64,000 bases of DNA from Squalus acanthias (GCA_030390025.1 CM059433.1:4526001-4590000); one strand, 5' to 3'; shown: positions 26,847-39,666, counted from the stretch's first letter. Notes: generated by a model not told the origin, from the sequence alone. Numbers and translations: made by a program.

Positions 26847-27610
26847 GGCCCAGAAATTAAACATCGATGGTTCCCGCAGGGGTAAGGATTCCCCGCGATA
26901 TCGCACTCCGCGCCTACCTTTTTGTTTCGGGCCCACACGAACTTCAGTTTGAGGGCCTCTCCCTGTTGCCAGCGTGCAGTGCTTGCGTGTCCCAGAGGCG
27001 CAATTAGTTCGTGCGAGCTCTGGGATCATGTGATTCAGTTAGAGCCAATGGCAGCACACCATCTTTCATTCATAGTTTTGACAGCAAGGGCTGTCCAAGC
27101 TATGAATACTACAAGCCCCCAAAAGAACAGCTAAACCTCAATTAAATTTTTTAAAAAGCTATCACATTAATAAAATAACTATAGTTAAATAAATTAACCA
27201 CTTTAAACAAAAAATTAAATTTTTGAAAAAATTTAAAATCTTTTTAAAAGTTATAAAAATAAACTTACCTTTCTTTAAAGTCTCTAAAAAAGATAAACCT
27301 GTTGAAAAAAATTTAAAATAACACTTAATTAACTACTTACCTTGTTAAAAGGGGGTCCTACGCCTGCTTTCTTTATGTGTAAAATCTTCACCACTTACCT
27401 GCGCGTTCAAAGCTGGAAAAAAAACTAAGTGCACTGCGTGCGCACAACCTGTAGCGCACACGCGGTTCACTTAGGAACCGCCCCCTTTGCAATACACGAA
27501 GTGCCGGTTTTCCGCGCATGCGCAGTGCATGCAGGAAACCGGCAATTCGGGACCTAATACGCGAGAGTACACAGTGCGTACTCTCGCGTATTAGGTCTAA
27601 TTTTCGGGCC
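26847..27610. mobile_element. Harbinger-like MITE with ATT TSD
   Basis: GGCCCAGAAATTA ... TAATTTTCGGGCC; ATT on both sides; empty site seen at 32132-32146. Confidence 0.82.
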
Positions 27611-27949
27611 ATTATCTTTAAAAATGAGGGGTCGGTGACAATTCACTATTTGTAAATATTCTGCTCAGGTTCAAGTTACCTCCAACAATCCTAATGAGCA
27701 ATCACAGCCAGCCACCTCACCGCACCCTGCGTCAGCCACTCCCACAGTGACGGGCACCAGTAGGTGTACCCACGCCCGGAGGAGGGAGGGTTCAGTTAGT
27801 GAGTTGCAGACAGAGTAATTGGTGAAGTTCAAAGCAGGAGGGAGCAGGAAAAAGTGCAAATGGACTTGGTGAAGCTGCAACCTCCTGGTCAGAGGGTCAA
27901 CTCAAGAGGGCAGCAGAGCCAAGAATTCAAACTTTACAAACATCAGTAA

Positions 27950-28256
27950 CTCATAACCTCCTCCAGCCCTACAACTCCCCCAGAACTCTGTTCATTCCCT
28001 GACCCTTCGCCCCACCATTGGCAGCCGTGCCTTCAGCCACCGAGGCCCCACGCTCTTGAATTCCCTCCCTAAAACACTCTGCTTCTCCTCCTTTAAGGGT
28101 CTCCTTAAAATCTACCTCTTCAAACAGACTTTTGGTCACCCTTCCCGATATCTACTACTTCGGTTCGGCAGCCATTTTTGTCTTGATTACGTCTTGGGAC
28201 ATTCTCTACGTTAAAGACGCTATATAAATCCAAGTAGTTGTTGTTGCTGTTGTTGT
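27950..28256 (+). mobile_element. L2 LINE 3' end, older
   Basis: CCATTGGCAGCCGTGCCTTC, CTCCTTAAAA, GCTATATAAAT and (GTT)n tail. Confidence 0.75.
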
Positions 28257-28489
28257 CATTTGAATGTGTTAAACAGTTTGGGAGCTTCTATAGAGAAGCC
28301 CACAATAAGGATTGGTGGAGTGCTTTACGATCGCTTCACTGACCTGCAGACTATCATGGAGTACATGATCATCTAGGGCTCTTTGCAGTAGAGCTATACT
28401 TGGCTGAGGCACGAAACTGAAACAACTTATTTAATGAATACTATGGCTAGGGATTCAGTGACCACTAGCTTCAACCTGCAGTAGTTGGT

Positions 28490-29412
28490 TACGGTAGCGT
28501 AGTGGTTATGTTATTGGACTGGTAATCCAGAGAATGTGAGTCAACCACTCCTACAGTGTCAGGCACCAGTGCAGAATGTGTTTGAGAAGGTTTACTAGAC
28601 TAATACCTGGAATGGGCGGGTTGTCTTATGAGGAAAGGTTGGACAGGCTAGGCTTGTATCCGCTGGAGTTTAGAAGAGTAAGAGGTGACTTGATTGAAAC
28701 ATATAAGATCCTGAGGGGTCTGGACAGGGTGGATGTGGAGAGATGTTTCCTCTTGTGGGAGAATCTAGAACTAGGGGTCACTGTTTAAAAATAAGGGGTC
28801 GCCCATTAATGACAGAGATGAGGAGAAATTTTTTCTCACAGAGGGTCGTGAGTCTTTGGAACTCTCTTCCTCAGAGGGCGGTGGAAGCAGAGTCTTTGAA
28901 TATTTTTAAGGCAGAGGTAGATAGATTCTTGGTAAGCAAGGGGGTGAAAGGTTATCGGGGATAGGCGGGAATGTGGAGTAATCAGATCAGCCATGATCTT
29001 ATTGAATGGCGGAGCAGGTTCGGGGGGCCGAGTGGCCGACTCCTGCTCCTAGTTCGTATGTTCGTATGGCAGTTTGAGAATTTGAATTCAGTTTTTAAAA
29101 ATATGGAAATTTAAAAAAATGCTGGTACCAATAAAAGTGAGAATGAAGCTGTTGGATTGTCGTAATAACTCATCTGGTTCACTAATGTCCTTCAGGGAAG
29201 GAAACCTGCCGTCCTTACCCGGTCTGGCCTATATGTGACTCCAGTCCCACACCAATGTGGTTGACTCTAAACTGCCATCTGAAGTGGTCTAGCAAGCCAC
29301 TCAGTTGTATCAAACTGCTAGAAAAACGCCCACCACCACCTTCTGAAGAGCAAATAGGGATGGGCAATAAATGCTAGCCTTGCTAACGATGCCCACATCC
29401 CAAGAATGAATG
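28490..29412 (+). mobile_element. Second tRNA-headed SINE family, split by CR1; tail shared with LINE family B
   Basis: Head GGTAGCGTAGTGGTTATG (also at 63612 and, reversed, ~38420-38447); body GGTTCACTAATGTCC..GGGAAGGAAA; tail GGGATGGGCAATAAATGC. Confidence 0.7.
28583..29068 (+). mobile_element. CR1 LINE 3' fragment
   Basis: ORFs 28576..28788 and 28743..28964; (TTCGTATG)2 tail. Confidence 0.9.
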
Positions 29413-31199
29413 GAAAACATTCACCGTGTTTGGGAATCAGGTAATGCAGGGTACAACCTCATACCTGCGCAGCAGTCTGCTCCCATACAGATCGCTGGCC
29501 ACACTATAATCACCCAGCATCAGGGAAATGGCAGGAGCTGGCACAGGTAACCGATGTCGCTCTGGGCAAAGTCACATCTGTTTTACCCGGGTTGCTCTGC
29601 TCAAGTGATACAGATGTGCTGCACGCACACACTGCATGGATACCGGTGGCAACTGTAATTGCAGGGACACTGACTGACCCGGCACAGTGAGGTAGGTGGT
29701 AGACCAGCCCCATCCTCACCACGGACACCCTGCAGTTAGCCATCTCACTCCCTCTCCCCACTGGGGAAACATTTAAAACAAGCACAGGGACACTTTTGAT
29801 AAGGGCACAGCACACTGAATAGTACACATGCATCACACATTTGGAAGGGTTAATAAAAGTTGGGAGGACTGATATTGTAAAGGGTCTGACAATTCTCTTG
29901 GTAGGAGTTAGATTAAGGTTTTGCACAGCTGGGGTTAATGAAAGCAATGCTTTATTTGGGAAGTGTACCAGGCAGATGTGCGGACAACTATCATGCTTAA
30001 ATGTTTCAGGCACTTAATTAAAGGGATTCTTTTTTACAGCCTGCCTTACGACTCTTGCTGAATGACTGACTGGTTCCTTTTGCAGACAAGTCTTATATCA
30101 TCTTCTACCACTGGTTGCTGCTGTCTCTTTTCCTGTCCGCTCCATGGCAAAGCTCCTCTGCAAGGCAGAGATAACTTTGGACACCTTGGCCAGGCTCCAC
30201 TGCATGCTTCCTCTGATCCTGACCTTCCCATCCAGAACCAGCTGGTTTGGCCGGATGGCCATCAAGATACCAATCGGTCCTAGTCAGGCAAAGCACAATT
30301 ACAGTTTCCCCTTGTCTAAAACCCACAAATAGCAACTGGACTGCCGCTTTAAAATATGTGAATAGCAGCCGTACTGAACCTCAAGGAAGTTGTGAAATTG
30401 ATAATGAAATTGCTGGGTCAACAGTCCGATGCTCAATGCAACGACCAAGCAGACTCCCTTTTAAGGAACAGGAAAGAGCATTGTTGCACAGACTGATCAT
30501 CCGATGCCTGCTTTATAGGGGGTTAAGGCCTCATTAATGGGTTTTTAAAGTTCCCTGAGGCTTCACTGAGCCTTGCACATGTCGGGTGTGCAGGCCGTCG
30601 GCAGCATGGGCACTTCACCGCCGCATGGTACTGTGGGCCTCAGTGCCCGAGTAAATGGATCGCCTGGATCCACGCGCCACGCATCACATCATTGGCGCTA
30701 AATTAACAACCTTGCACAAGTCACAAGGATAGTTTGTACGGAAATAAAAAAACTTTACACTAGCACAGTGGTGGCTGAGCTTTGGACTCAGTCGAGAGAT
30801 GGGTGAGGTGATGCAGGAATGTCTTTTTTTTTGTCTGTTTTGGATGTATGAGCCGTGGTGGAGCAAATGGCTTCTTTTATCTGCATCAGTCTAGTCACCT
30901 GCTACAGTTAGATTAAGGCACAATGTTGGGGTAGCGTACAAGGGGCCTTTAATCTGTATCGAATCCATTTTGTGTATCGTCTGGGAGCCTTTGATGTCAA
31001 CACTGGGAACAACAATGGAAAGTGTTCAGCTCCCCAATACTGCCAGCCTTACCAAGATGGGCACAAAATGTATCCAATGGCAAAAAAATAACAATTACGG
31101 AACACACAATGGTTAATGCATTGCTGTCATCTCGTTCCACCACATTTTCAAGGTTGGACAACTGTAGAACAGCACATTTTGATGTTTCCTGAATAGTAC

Positions 31200-31335
31200 C
31201 TTTGATTTAATGAGGAAGGTTCTGTGCCCCCCGATGGCAATTTGTTTCTTCATAACACTGAAGCAGTTAAAACGACAGATAAGAAGACCAGCACTATGGA
31301 CCCGAAGGTTGAAATCCACATCATCACAGGTAAAT
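31200..31335 (-). CDS. GREB1: GREB1 exon ([45 protein letters not shown])
   Basis: Within ORF 31113..31361; ttcAG and GTAC junctions; 136 nt, phase 2 to 0. Confidence 0.95.
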
Positions 31336-31629
31336 CTGAAAGAAGTTATAAACACATGCAATTATTTTTTTGACAAACAATTACAGGAAACATTTTTCCT
31401 CGAACTGTAACCCAACTAACTCCCGAGTTGTTATATTTTAGACTGCAGTAAAGACAGAAAACATCAGAGTGCAAACTGAGATTTGGTGGGCCGGCATCTT
31501 CATGTACCAACTAACTCAGTCAGTGTGCAGCTGATTATTCATTTCCCCTTACGATTCCCCAGGGACGAGCTCCCTATTTCAGTGATCGGGGACACTGTGG
31601 CAATGGTGCAACAGGGTGGAGCTCTGAAG

Positions 31630-32134
31630 TAAGAACATAAGAAATAAGAGCAGGAGTCGGCCATTCGGCCCCTCGAGCCTACTCCGCCATTCAATATGAT
31701 CATGGCTGATCATCGACCTCAACTCCACTTTCCCGGCCGATCCCCATATCCCTTGATTCCCTTAGGGTCCAAAAATCTATCGATCTCTGTCTTGAATATA
31801 CTCAAAGACTCAGCATTCACAGTCTCTGGGGTAGAGAATTCCAAAGATTCACAACCCTCTGAGTGAAGAAATTCCTCCTCATCTCGGTCTTAAATGGCCG
31901 GCCCCTTATCCTGAGACTGTGGCCCCTGGTTCTAGACTCTCCAGCCAGGGGAAACAACCTCTCAGCATCTACCCTGTCAATCCCCCTCAGAATCTTGTAT
32001 GTTTCAATGAGATCACCTCTCATTCTTCTAAACTCCAGAGAGTATCGGTCCATTCTACACAATCTCTCATCATAGGACAGCCCTCTCATCCCAGGAATCA
32101 AACTAGTGAACATTCGTTGCACCGCCTCCAAGGC
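31630..32134 (-). mobile_element. CR1 LINE 3' fragment
   Basis: ORF 31817..32191 and tail. Confidence 0.9.
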
Positions 32135-32530
32135 AAAATTATCTTTAAAAATGAGGGATAAGTGACAATTCACGATTCGTATATATTCCACTCGGGTTCA
32201 ATATCGCTGATCACTCTCGTAAGTGGATCTTGCGCCCCCGTGATCCAGAGTGTGCCTTTACCTGCCCAATGTCTCGGTAAACGACAGTGAGACCCAGGGA
32301 TTGAGCAGAGAACGCCTTGTCACTGCATGCGGGCTTACTGCAACGTAGCACATGCCACTACGTGATTCTCTCTTTGGAAGGAATATAAACTCGATCAGGC
32401 CGAGACTCAGGCTATAAGCCAACAAATTATTTAAATAAAGTAGATAAGTAAACAGTAAATAGCATAAAACAGTGTATTACAAACTTTGCTATCCTTTACA
32501 ACGCATCCAACCAATAAAGGTGTTTCTCCT

Positions 32531-33027
32531 TAAGAACATAAGAAATAGGAGCAGGAATAGGCCACTTGGCCCCTCGAGCCTGCTCCGCCATTCAATAAGA
32601 TCATGACTGATCTTGGGCTCAAAGCCACTTCCCCGCCCGCTCCCCATAACCCTTCACTCCCTTATCTTGCAAAAATCTGTCTATCTCCACCTTAAATGTA
32701 TTTAATGACCCAGCCTCCACGGCTCTCTGGGGCAGAGAATTCCACAGATTTACGACCCTCAGAGAAGAAATTCCTCCTCATCTCAGTTCTAAAAGGGCAA
32801 CCCTTTATTCTGAAACTATGCCCCCGAGTTCTAGATTCCCCCACGAGGGGAAACATCCTCTCTGCATCTACCTTGTCGAGCCCCCTCAGTATCTTATATG
32901 TTTCAATAAGATCACCTCTCATTCTTCTAAATTCCAATGAGTATAGGCCCAACCTGCTCAACCTTTCCTCATAAGTCAAACCCCCTCATCTCTGGAATTA
33001 ACCTAGTGAATCGTCTCTGAACTGCCT
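32531..33027 (-). mobile_element. CR1 LINE 3' fragment
   Basis: ORF 32692..32979; shorter sister copy at 39667-39871. Confidence 0.9.
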
Positions 33028-33590
33028 TGAGCTACCTCTCGAAATATATTGAACTATGAAAGTGGCTGAACACTTCTCGGTGAGGATTTTAACCATCAGA
33101 TGGGCAGCTAACAGTGCCGACTGGAGGCTCGATCCATAGAGGGCCGGGTTGCATTAAAATGTACATGCGGTCGGCTGTGGGCCCCAATCCGATATCCCGA
33201 TGAATCTCATCGGCCCCAGGCCAGTGCACTATCGGCCGAGCTGGAGGCAGACACAGCTGCAAAAAAGGTAGGTCGGGGAGGGGAGAAAGAGAGAGCCTGG
33301 GACAGCAGAGGCCCACGTCCTTCTTGTGGGGCCCAGAGGAGCGCTCCCGCTCATTCAATCCATATTAGCATATTAAAACCACCTTTTTGTTTCAACAGAA
33401 ACCAAGACCCCAGTCGCATATTCACCGACCTTTCTCCTTCCAGAAGGAGAATGCTTATTTCTGTACCTCAGACAGCACAAACAATGAATCCTGAATTAAG
33501 GAATTCAAATCAATAATCTAATATACATTTTTGTCATAACACGTAACAATATACAAAATAATAGTACCCAAGAGCTACCCGTAACTTGCT

Positions 33591-34502
33591 ATCAGGGCCC
33601 CGCGCTCGCCCAATCAGGGCCCGCGCTCGCCCAATCAGGGCCCGCGCTCGCCCAATCAGGGCCCGCGCTCGCCCAATCAGGGCCCCGCGCTCGCCTAATC
33701 AGGGCCCGCGCTCGCCCAATCAGGGCCCCGCGCTCGCCCAATCAGGGCCCCGCGCTCGCCCAGTCAGGGCCCCGCACTCGCCCAATCAGGGCGCCGCACT
33801 CGCCCAATCAGGGCCCCGCGCTCGCCCAGTCAGGGCCCCGCACTCGCCCAATCAGGGCCCGCGCTCGCCCAATCAGGGCCCGCGCTCGCCCAATCAGGGC
33901 CCGCGCTCGCCCAATCAGGGCCCGCGCTCGCCCAATCAGGGCCCCGCGCTCGCCCAATCAGGGCCCGCGCTCGCCCAATCAGGGCCCGCGCTCGCCCAAT
34001 CAGGGCCCCGCGCTCGCCCAATCAGGGCCCCGCGCTCGCCCAATCAGGGCCCCGCACTCGCCCAATCAGGGCCCGCGCTCGCCCAATCAGGGCCCGCGCT
34101 CGCCCAATCAGGGCCCCGCGCTCGCCCAATCAGGGCCCGCGCTCGCCCAATCAGGGGCCCGCGCTCGCCCAATCAGGGCCCCGCGCTCGCCCAATCAGGG
34201 CCCGCACTCGCCCAATCAGGGCCCCGCGCTCGCCCAATCAGGCCCCGCACTCGCCCAATCAGGGCCCCGCACTCGCCCAATCAGGGCCCCGCGCTCGCCC
34301 AATCAGGGCCCCGCGCTCGCCCAATCAGGGCCCGCGCTCGCCCAATCAGGGCCCGCGCTCGCCCAATCAGGGCCCCGCGCTCGCCCAATCAGGGCCCGCG
34401 CTCGCCCAATCAGGGCCCCGCGCTCGCCCAATCAGGGCCCGCGCTCGCCCAATCAGGGCCCGCGCTCGCCCAATCAGGGCCCCGCGCTCGCCCAATCAGG
34501 GC
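33591..34502. repeat. Minisatellite, ~42 units of CCCAATCAGGGCCC(C)GCGCTCG (21/22 bp)
   Basis: Directly visible; 43 TCAGG cores counted by hand; few variants (GCAC, CAGTC, CTAAT). Confidence 0.98.
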
Positions 34503-34888
34503 TATAGATCCTTCTGCTACTAAAGACCAAACTTTGAAAGAGAAAGACACAGGTATCCTGGGTAGGTTACTCGCCAAGAAAAGTGGTGCCGGGCACCATT
34601 CAGTCCTCGACAGTAGGACTTCCCATCTCGGACTTTCTTTAGCGTTTACTCCAAGCTCCAATTTCTGCAGCTCATTCAGGATGTCGGGAAACACATTGCC
34701 CCAGCCAGAGTGGACTTTGTACTCAGCAAGTATCACTTGCTTCATATTCTGTGGATTCATCTGTGGTTCTCAATGAGAGATACAGGAGGCCAGTGGCAGT
34801 CACCCTTCTCTGGTAAGAAACTTATTACCCCTGAGAAGCGATGTACATGTTTTGACTTACACAGAAGGAAGCTGCATTCCTCGTTGTG

Positions 34889-35345
34889 GCAGCCGTGGCT
34901 CAGTGGGTAGCACACTCGCCTCTGAGTCAGAAGGTTGTGGGTTCAAGTCCCACTCCAGGGACTTGAGCACAAAGCTAGGACTGACACTCCAGTGCAGTGC
35001 TGGGGGAGTGCTGCACTGTCGGAGGCGCCGTCTTTCGGATGAGATGTTAAAACCGAGGCCCCGTCTTCTCTCTCAGGTGGATGTAAAAGATCCCATGGTG
35101 CTATTTTGAAGAAGAGCAGGTGTCCAAGACGGTGTCCTGGCCAATATTTATCCCTCAATCAACATAACAAAACATAACAAAAAACCAGATGATCTGGTCA
35201 TTATCACATTGCTGTTTGTGGGAGCTTGCTGTGTGCATATTGGCTGCCGTGTTTCCTACATTCCAAAAGTACTTCATTGGCTGTAAAGCGCTTTGGGACG
35301 TCCGGTGGTCGTGAAAGGCACTATAGAAATGCAAGTCTCTCTTTC
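34889..35345 (+). mobile_element. Full-length Deu-domain SINE (SacSINE1-like)
   Basis: tRNA-like A/B boxes, Deu-like core, L2-like tail; family name is from recall. Confidence 0.85.
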
Positions 35346-35481
35346 TAAATCTAAATGGCACTTCATTAGAGCTCTTAGATTAGCTTTGACCACCAATGAA
35401 TGTCACAGAATTTGTCTATAGCCAGAGCCATTTCTGCAGCAACAGGCGGAAGCACAAGGTGGCCTTCATATAGGTTCAATA

Positions 35482-35785
35482 ATACCTCCCAAACCCACGA
35501 CCTCTTCCACTTAGAAGGACAAGGGCAGCAGGTGCATGGGAACACCACCACCTCAAGTCACACACCATCCTGACTTAGAAATATATCGCCAATCCTTCAT
35601 CATCGCTGGGTCAAAATCCTGGAACTCCCTCCCTAACAGCACTGTGGGAGCACCTTCACCACACGGACTGCAGCGGTTCAAGAAGGTGGCTCACCACCAC
35701 CTTCTCAAGGACAATTAGGGATGGGCAATAAATGCCGGCCTTGCCAGCGACACCCACACCCCATAAATGAATTTTTTTTTAAAAA
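35482..35785 (+). mobile_element. LINE family B 3' end
   Basis: Matches 38648-38960. Confidence 0.85.
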
Positions 35786-35991
35786 GCACCATCCAGGATG
35801 CCCCAATCTGCTGGCATGCCCTCACGTTTGAATTTCGGAATGAAATGGTGTTTAGTGGCTTTTCTTATAACCCAAATGATGACGTTGCAAGTCCAACTTT
35901 AATGAGAGTGATCCCTTTGACGCTAATGAGTTGAGGACATCAAACTTGGATTGTAAGGTACAATATTTGGCAAATATTGCCAACAACTTAC

Positions 35992-36219
35992 CTGTTCTGA
36001 TTGTACTGCACATTTTGTGTCAAGTCCACATTTAGCAGCAAAAAGTCGTGTAGGTGACAGTGGGAGAAAGGCTCTGCTCGGGACGGACCGCTTACTTTAC
36101 TGGACCACTTCCGGATCCCACAAAGGGCATAGTGCGGGACGTGGGCCACTGTCTCAACATGCTGGAGTACATGCTTCAAAGAAACATTCCTCTCGAAGAC
36201 CTTTTGTTCAGCAGGGACA
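35992..36219 (-). CDS. GREB1: GREB1 exon ([16 protein letters not shown]...[14 protein letters not shown])
   Basis: Within ORF 35988..36227; ccAG and GTAAG junctions; 228 nt, phase 2 to 2. Confidence 0.93.
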
Positions 36220-36599
36220 CTGGACAATAAAAAGAAGACAAATAAGATTCAGTTAGTTCTTTTATTCAGGATGAGGGTAGCCAGTCAAGGGGGGCAGGAG
36301 GCAGGAGAGAGAGTTATAGCATGTACATTAAACTGTTCTGATGGGCTGAAGAAAAACATTTCTGTTGAAATTAAGATTTTTGTAGATACAAATAGTCAGC
36401 TGTTTATCTATAATCATTTGTTCAAATTGGCAGACTCTTTTATAGCGGTTAATTAAATAGCTGGAACTATACTTTTCTCTAATTATTTCATAAACAGGTC
36501 ATTAATTCCCACACAAATCCATTCTTAACTTTTTTTTTGCTAGTTCTTGAACATTCTTTGAATTTCTCGAGAGGGTTTGCCTGTTAAGGTGCAATCACC

Positions 36600-36915
36600 A
36601 TCTGAAGGTTCAAGCCCCACTCCAGAGACTTGAGCACATAATCTAACCCGACACTTCAGTGCAGCGTTGGGGAAAGGCTGCACGGTCAGAGGTGCCATTT
36701 TTCAGATGCGATGCCAAACTGAGGTCCCATCCCCTCTCTCAGGTGGACGTCAAAGATCCCACAGCACTATTCAAAGAGGAGCTGGGAGCTCTCGCCTCAT
36801 GTTCTGGACAACATTTATCCCTAAACACCACCAAAAAGAGATTATCTGATCATTTATTTGATTGCTGTTTGTGTGACCTTGCTGTGCGCAATTTGGCTGC
36901 CGCATTTCCTACATG
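36600..36915 (+). mobile_element. Deu-domain SINE, partial and older
   Basis: CTCTCAGGTGGACGTCAAAGATCCC core. Confidence 0.75.
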
Positions 36916-37198
36916 GAATAAACTGTGTTTTAATTCCATAATCGCAATAAATTATCCTTTAGTTTACCAAATTCTGAAATGTTTTGTTTTAATCGAAAGC
37001 ATTGAAGTTTTTATTTGTACAATAGTGTTTTATATAAATTGAGCTCTAAATGCAGCATTGAAACACGCATCGCTTAAACTGCCCTCACATTCCAGCAACT
37101 AAAACATGAAAGTAGTTATTTAAGGCAAAGTGATGTGAACTGGAGAAATGTTTTTTTTTGGTTTTCACTAACTTGTCCAGTTTACCTAATTGTAGTGT

Positions 37199-37655
37199 CA
37201 GCTGTGGCTCAGTGGGTAGCACACTCGCCTCTGAGTCAGAAGGTCGTGGGTTCAAATCCCACTCCAGGGACTTGAGCACCTAAAGCTAGGCTGATTCTCC
37301 CAGTGCAGTGCTGAGAGAGTGCGGCACTGTCGGAGGTGCCGTCTTTCGGATGAGACGTTAAACCGAGGCCCCGTCTGCCCTCTTAGGTGGACGTAAAAGA
37401 TCCCATGGCACTATTTCGAAGAAGAGCAGGGGAGTTATCCCCAGTGTCCTGGACAGTATTTATCCCTCAACCAACATAACAACAGATTATCTGGTCATTA
37501 TCACATTGCTGTTTGTGGGAGCTTGCTGTGCGCAAACTGGCTGCTGCGTTTCCCACATTACAACAGTGACTACACTTCAAAATAGTACTTCATTGGCTGT
37601 AAAGCGCTTTGAGACCTCTGGTGGTCATGAAAGGCGCTATAGAAATGCAAGTTTT
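37199..37655 (+). mobile_element. Full-length Deu-domain SINE
   Basis: Highly similar to 34889-35345. Confidence 0.87.
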
Positions 37656-37934
37656 TTTTATTGTAATTGTCTGTACAGCAGATACATTAACTTGGACAGG
37701 AGAAATAGTTACTTATGGTGTTTTGAGAAATGATTAATACTTCAAACTGCTACTAGATCCAGGACCAGCTTTATTTGTTGAAAATTAATGAGATGACAAG
37801 TTTATGTTGAGTGGCCGATGTATGAACAACACTTATAATACTACATAACTGGGTACATTCAGAGCAAAATCACTACAAACTAAAGAGGTCTATTTAAGTT
37901 CCCAATAGCAGAGAAGTGTGAGTGCTTTGATTAC

Positions 37935-38109
37935 CTGGTGGAGTTCTTAGCGATTTCAGTATTAAGACTGTGCCACATCACGCAAGAGTCATCTGCAATG
38001 ACAATAAATGGCCACACATCCTGGGGTTTAGATCCAAGCTCTTCTTGGCGATTGCGTTCCAACTCTAAATTATGATAGGACAGCTCTTTAATCAAAAAAT
38101 GAGCTGCAC
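37935..38109 (-). CDS. GREB1: GREB1 exon ([26 protein letters not shown]...[14 protein letters not shown]...)
   Basis: Within ORF 37931..38140; tttAG and GTAA junctions; 175 nt, phase 1 to 2. AAHF and ERNRQEE favour GREB1 over GREB1L (recalled from the human proteins). Confidence 0.95.
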
Positions 38110-38447
38110 CTAAAACACAAATAAGAGAATTGCTAATCACATGAATCTGATAAAATCAAATCCTGCCATGCAGTATTAAAAAATATAGCATATGCAAGTT
38201 GGTACTGCACTCTAATTTGCTTCTCTTTGTAACCCCCGCCCCCGAGCCCTTCACCAGTGCTGCGCTGTGCTTCCTGCTAATTTGGCTAAGTAACTAATTT
38301 CTCAGTACAAACAATGTAGACCAGATCAGGCTGGGACGAAGGACATTAGGGAGCCAGATGGGTTTTTACAATAAAACCAGGTGCTAGATTTATTGAATTC
38401 AGCACCTCTGGGTTGCTCGTCCAGTACCATGACCACTAGGCTACTGT

Positions 38448-38961
38448 ATACTCTCCACTTGCCTGGGTGGGTGCAGCTCCAACAACACTCAAGAAGCTCG
38501 ACACCATCCAGGACAAAGCAGCCCGCTTGATCGGCACCCCATCCACCACCTTAAACATTCACTCCCTCCACCACCGGTGCACCGTGGCTGCAGTGTGTAC
38601 CATCTACAAGATGCACTGCAGCAACTCGCCAAGGCTTCTTCGGCAGCACCTCCCAAACCCGCGACCTCTTCCACCTAGAAGGACAAGGGCAGCAGGCGCA
38701 TGGGAACACCACCACCTCCAAGTTCCCCTCCAAGCCACACACCATCCTGACTTGGAAGTATATCGCCGATCCTTCATCGTCGCTGGGTCAAAATCCTGGA
38801 ACTCCCTCCCTTACAGCACTGTGGGAGCACCTTCACCACACGGACTGCAGCGGTTCAAGGAGGCGGCTCACCACCACCTTCTCAAGGGCAATTAGGGATG
38901 GGCAATAAATGCTGGCCTTGCCAGCGACGCCCACATCCCATAAACGAATTAAAAAAAAAAA
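38448..38961 (+). mobile_element. LINE family B 3' portion with polyA
   Basis: ORF 38467..38895; tail plus A-run. Confidence 0.88.
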
Positions 38962-39666
38962 ACACTTCTCCATAAAACATAATTTCTGCTAGATGTTTGA
39001 GACTTTGAGGTTGTCAAACAAAGCAGTTTCTTTAAAGTACTTTATATTTCTGTAAGATAATAAGGCGGGAGCTTTATTAAAATAAAATCGGGGTCCTATA
39101 CTGGTTGTAGGACCCAAACGCAAGTTTTCATGTACCAACTGGCGAAGTGTGTGCCATGTGTATCAGGCATTAAGCGGCCTAAACAGCAGTCATTAAAGGG
39201 ACCACTGGAGATGGCTGAAAAAACAGCCCCACAAGAATGTTTACAGTGATTCTTGTGGGGCCAGGAGCAGCTTGAAGCCCACTGCCGGACACTTAGCAGC
39301 GCCTCCCCCACCCCCCGGCTAGGATTACCTCCCCCCACGAGGTTTTAACTCTGGCTCGGCTCCACAGAGGAGCCGCCACATTCTCCGCCCACATGTGAAT
39401 GTGAATTATACACAACAACATCATGTATAATTATAATGGTAATCAACTAGGATTATAATTGATGTAGAACATATATTGATGAGATCTTGACATAACACAC
39501 TGTTTAATCATCATTCATACCTTAGCCTCTAAGTATAAAAAGTGCACATGGTGTATACCTGCTACTAAACCCCAGACTGGAATTTTCAGGAGTCTCTCGA
39601 AGACTTACGTTATAAATACAACTCACATTCGTTATGAGACATTCTTCCACCAAAATGTTACAAAAC

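Noticed and set aside
29420..30690. Further Harbinger-like relic or novel ORFs
   Set aside because: Resemblance too weak; no TIR or TSD pair identified.
33591..34502. CRISPR-like array
   Set aside because: No unique spacers, eukaryotic context, no cas genes.
33586..34776. 396-aa ORF (ARPIRAR/ALAQSGP repeats)
   Set aside because: Translation of the minisatellite; TTG start; frame drifts with 21/22-bp units.
34889..34960. tRNA gene
   Set aside because: tRNA-derived SINE head continuing into the SINE body; same at 37199, 54368 and 17834.
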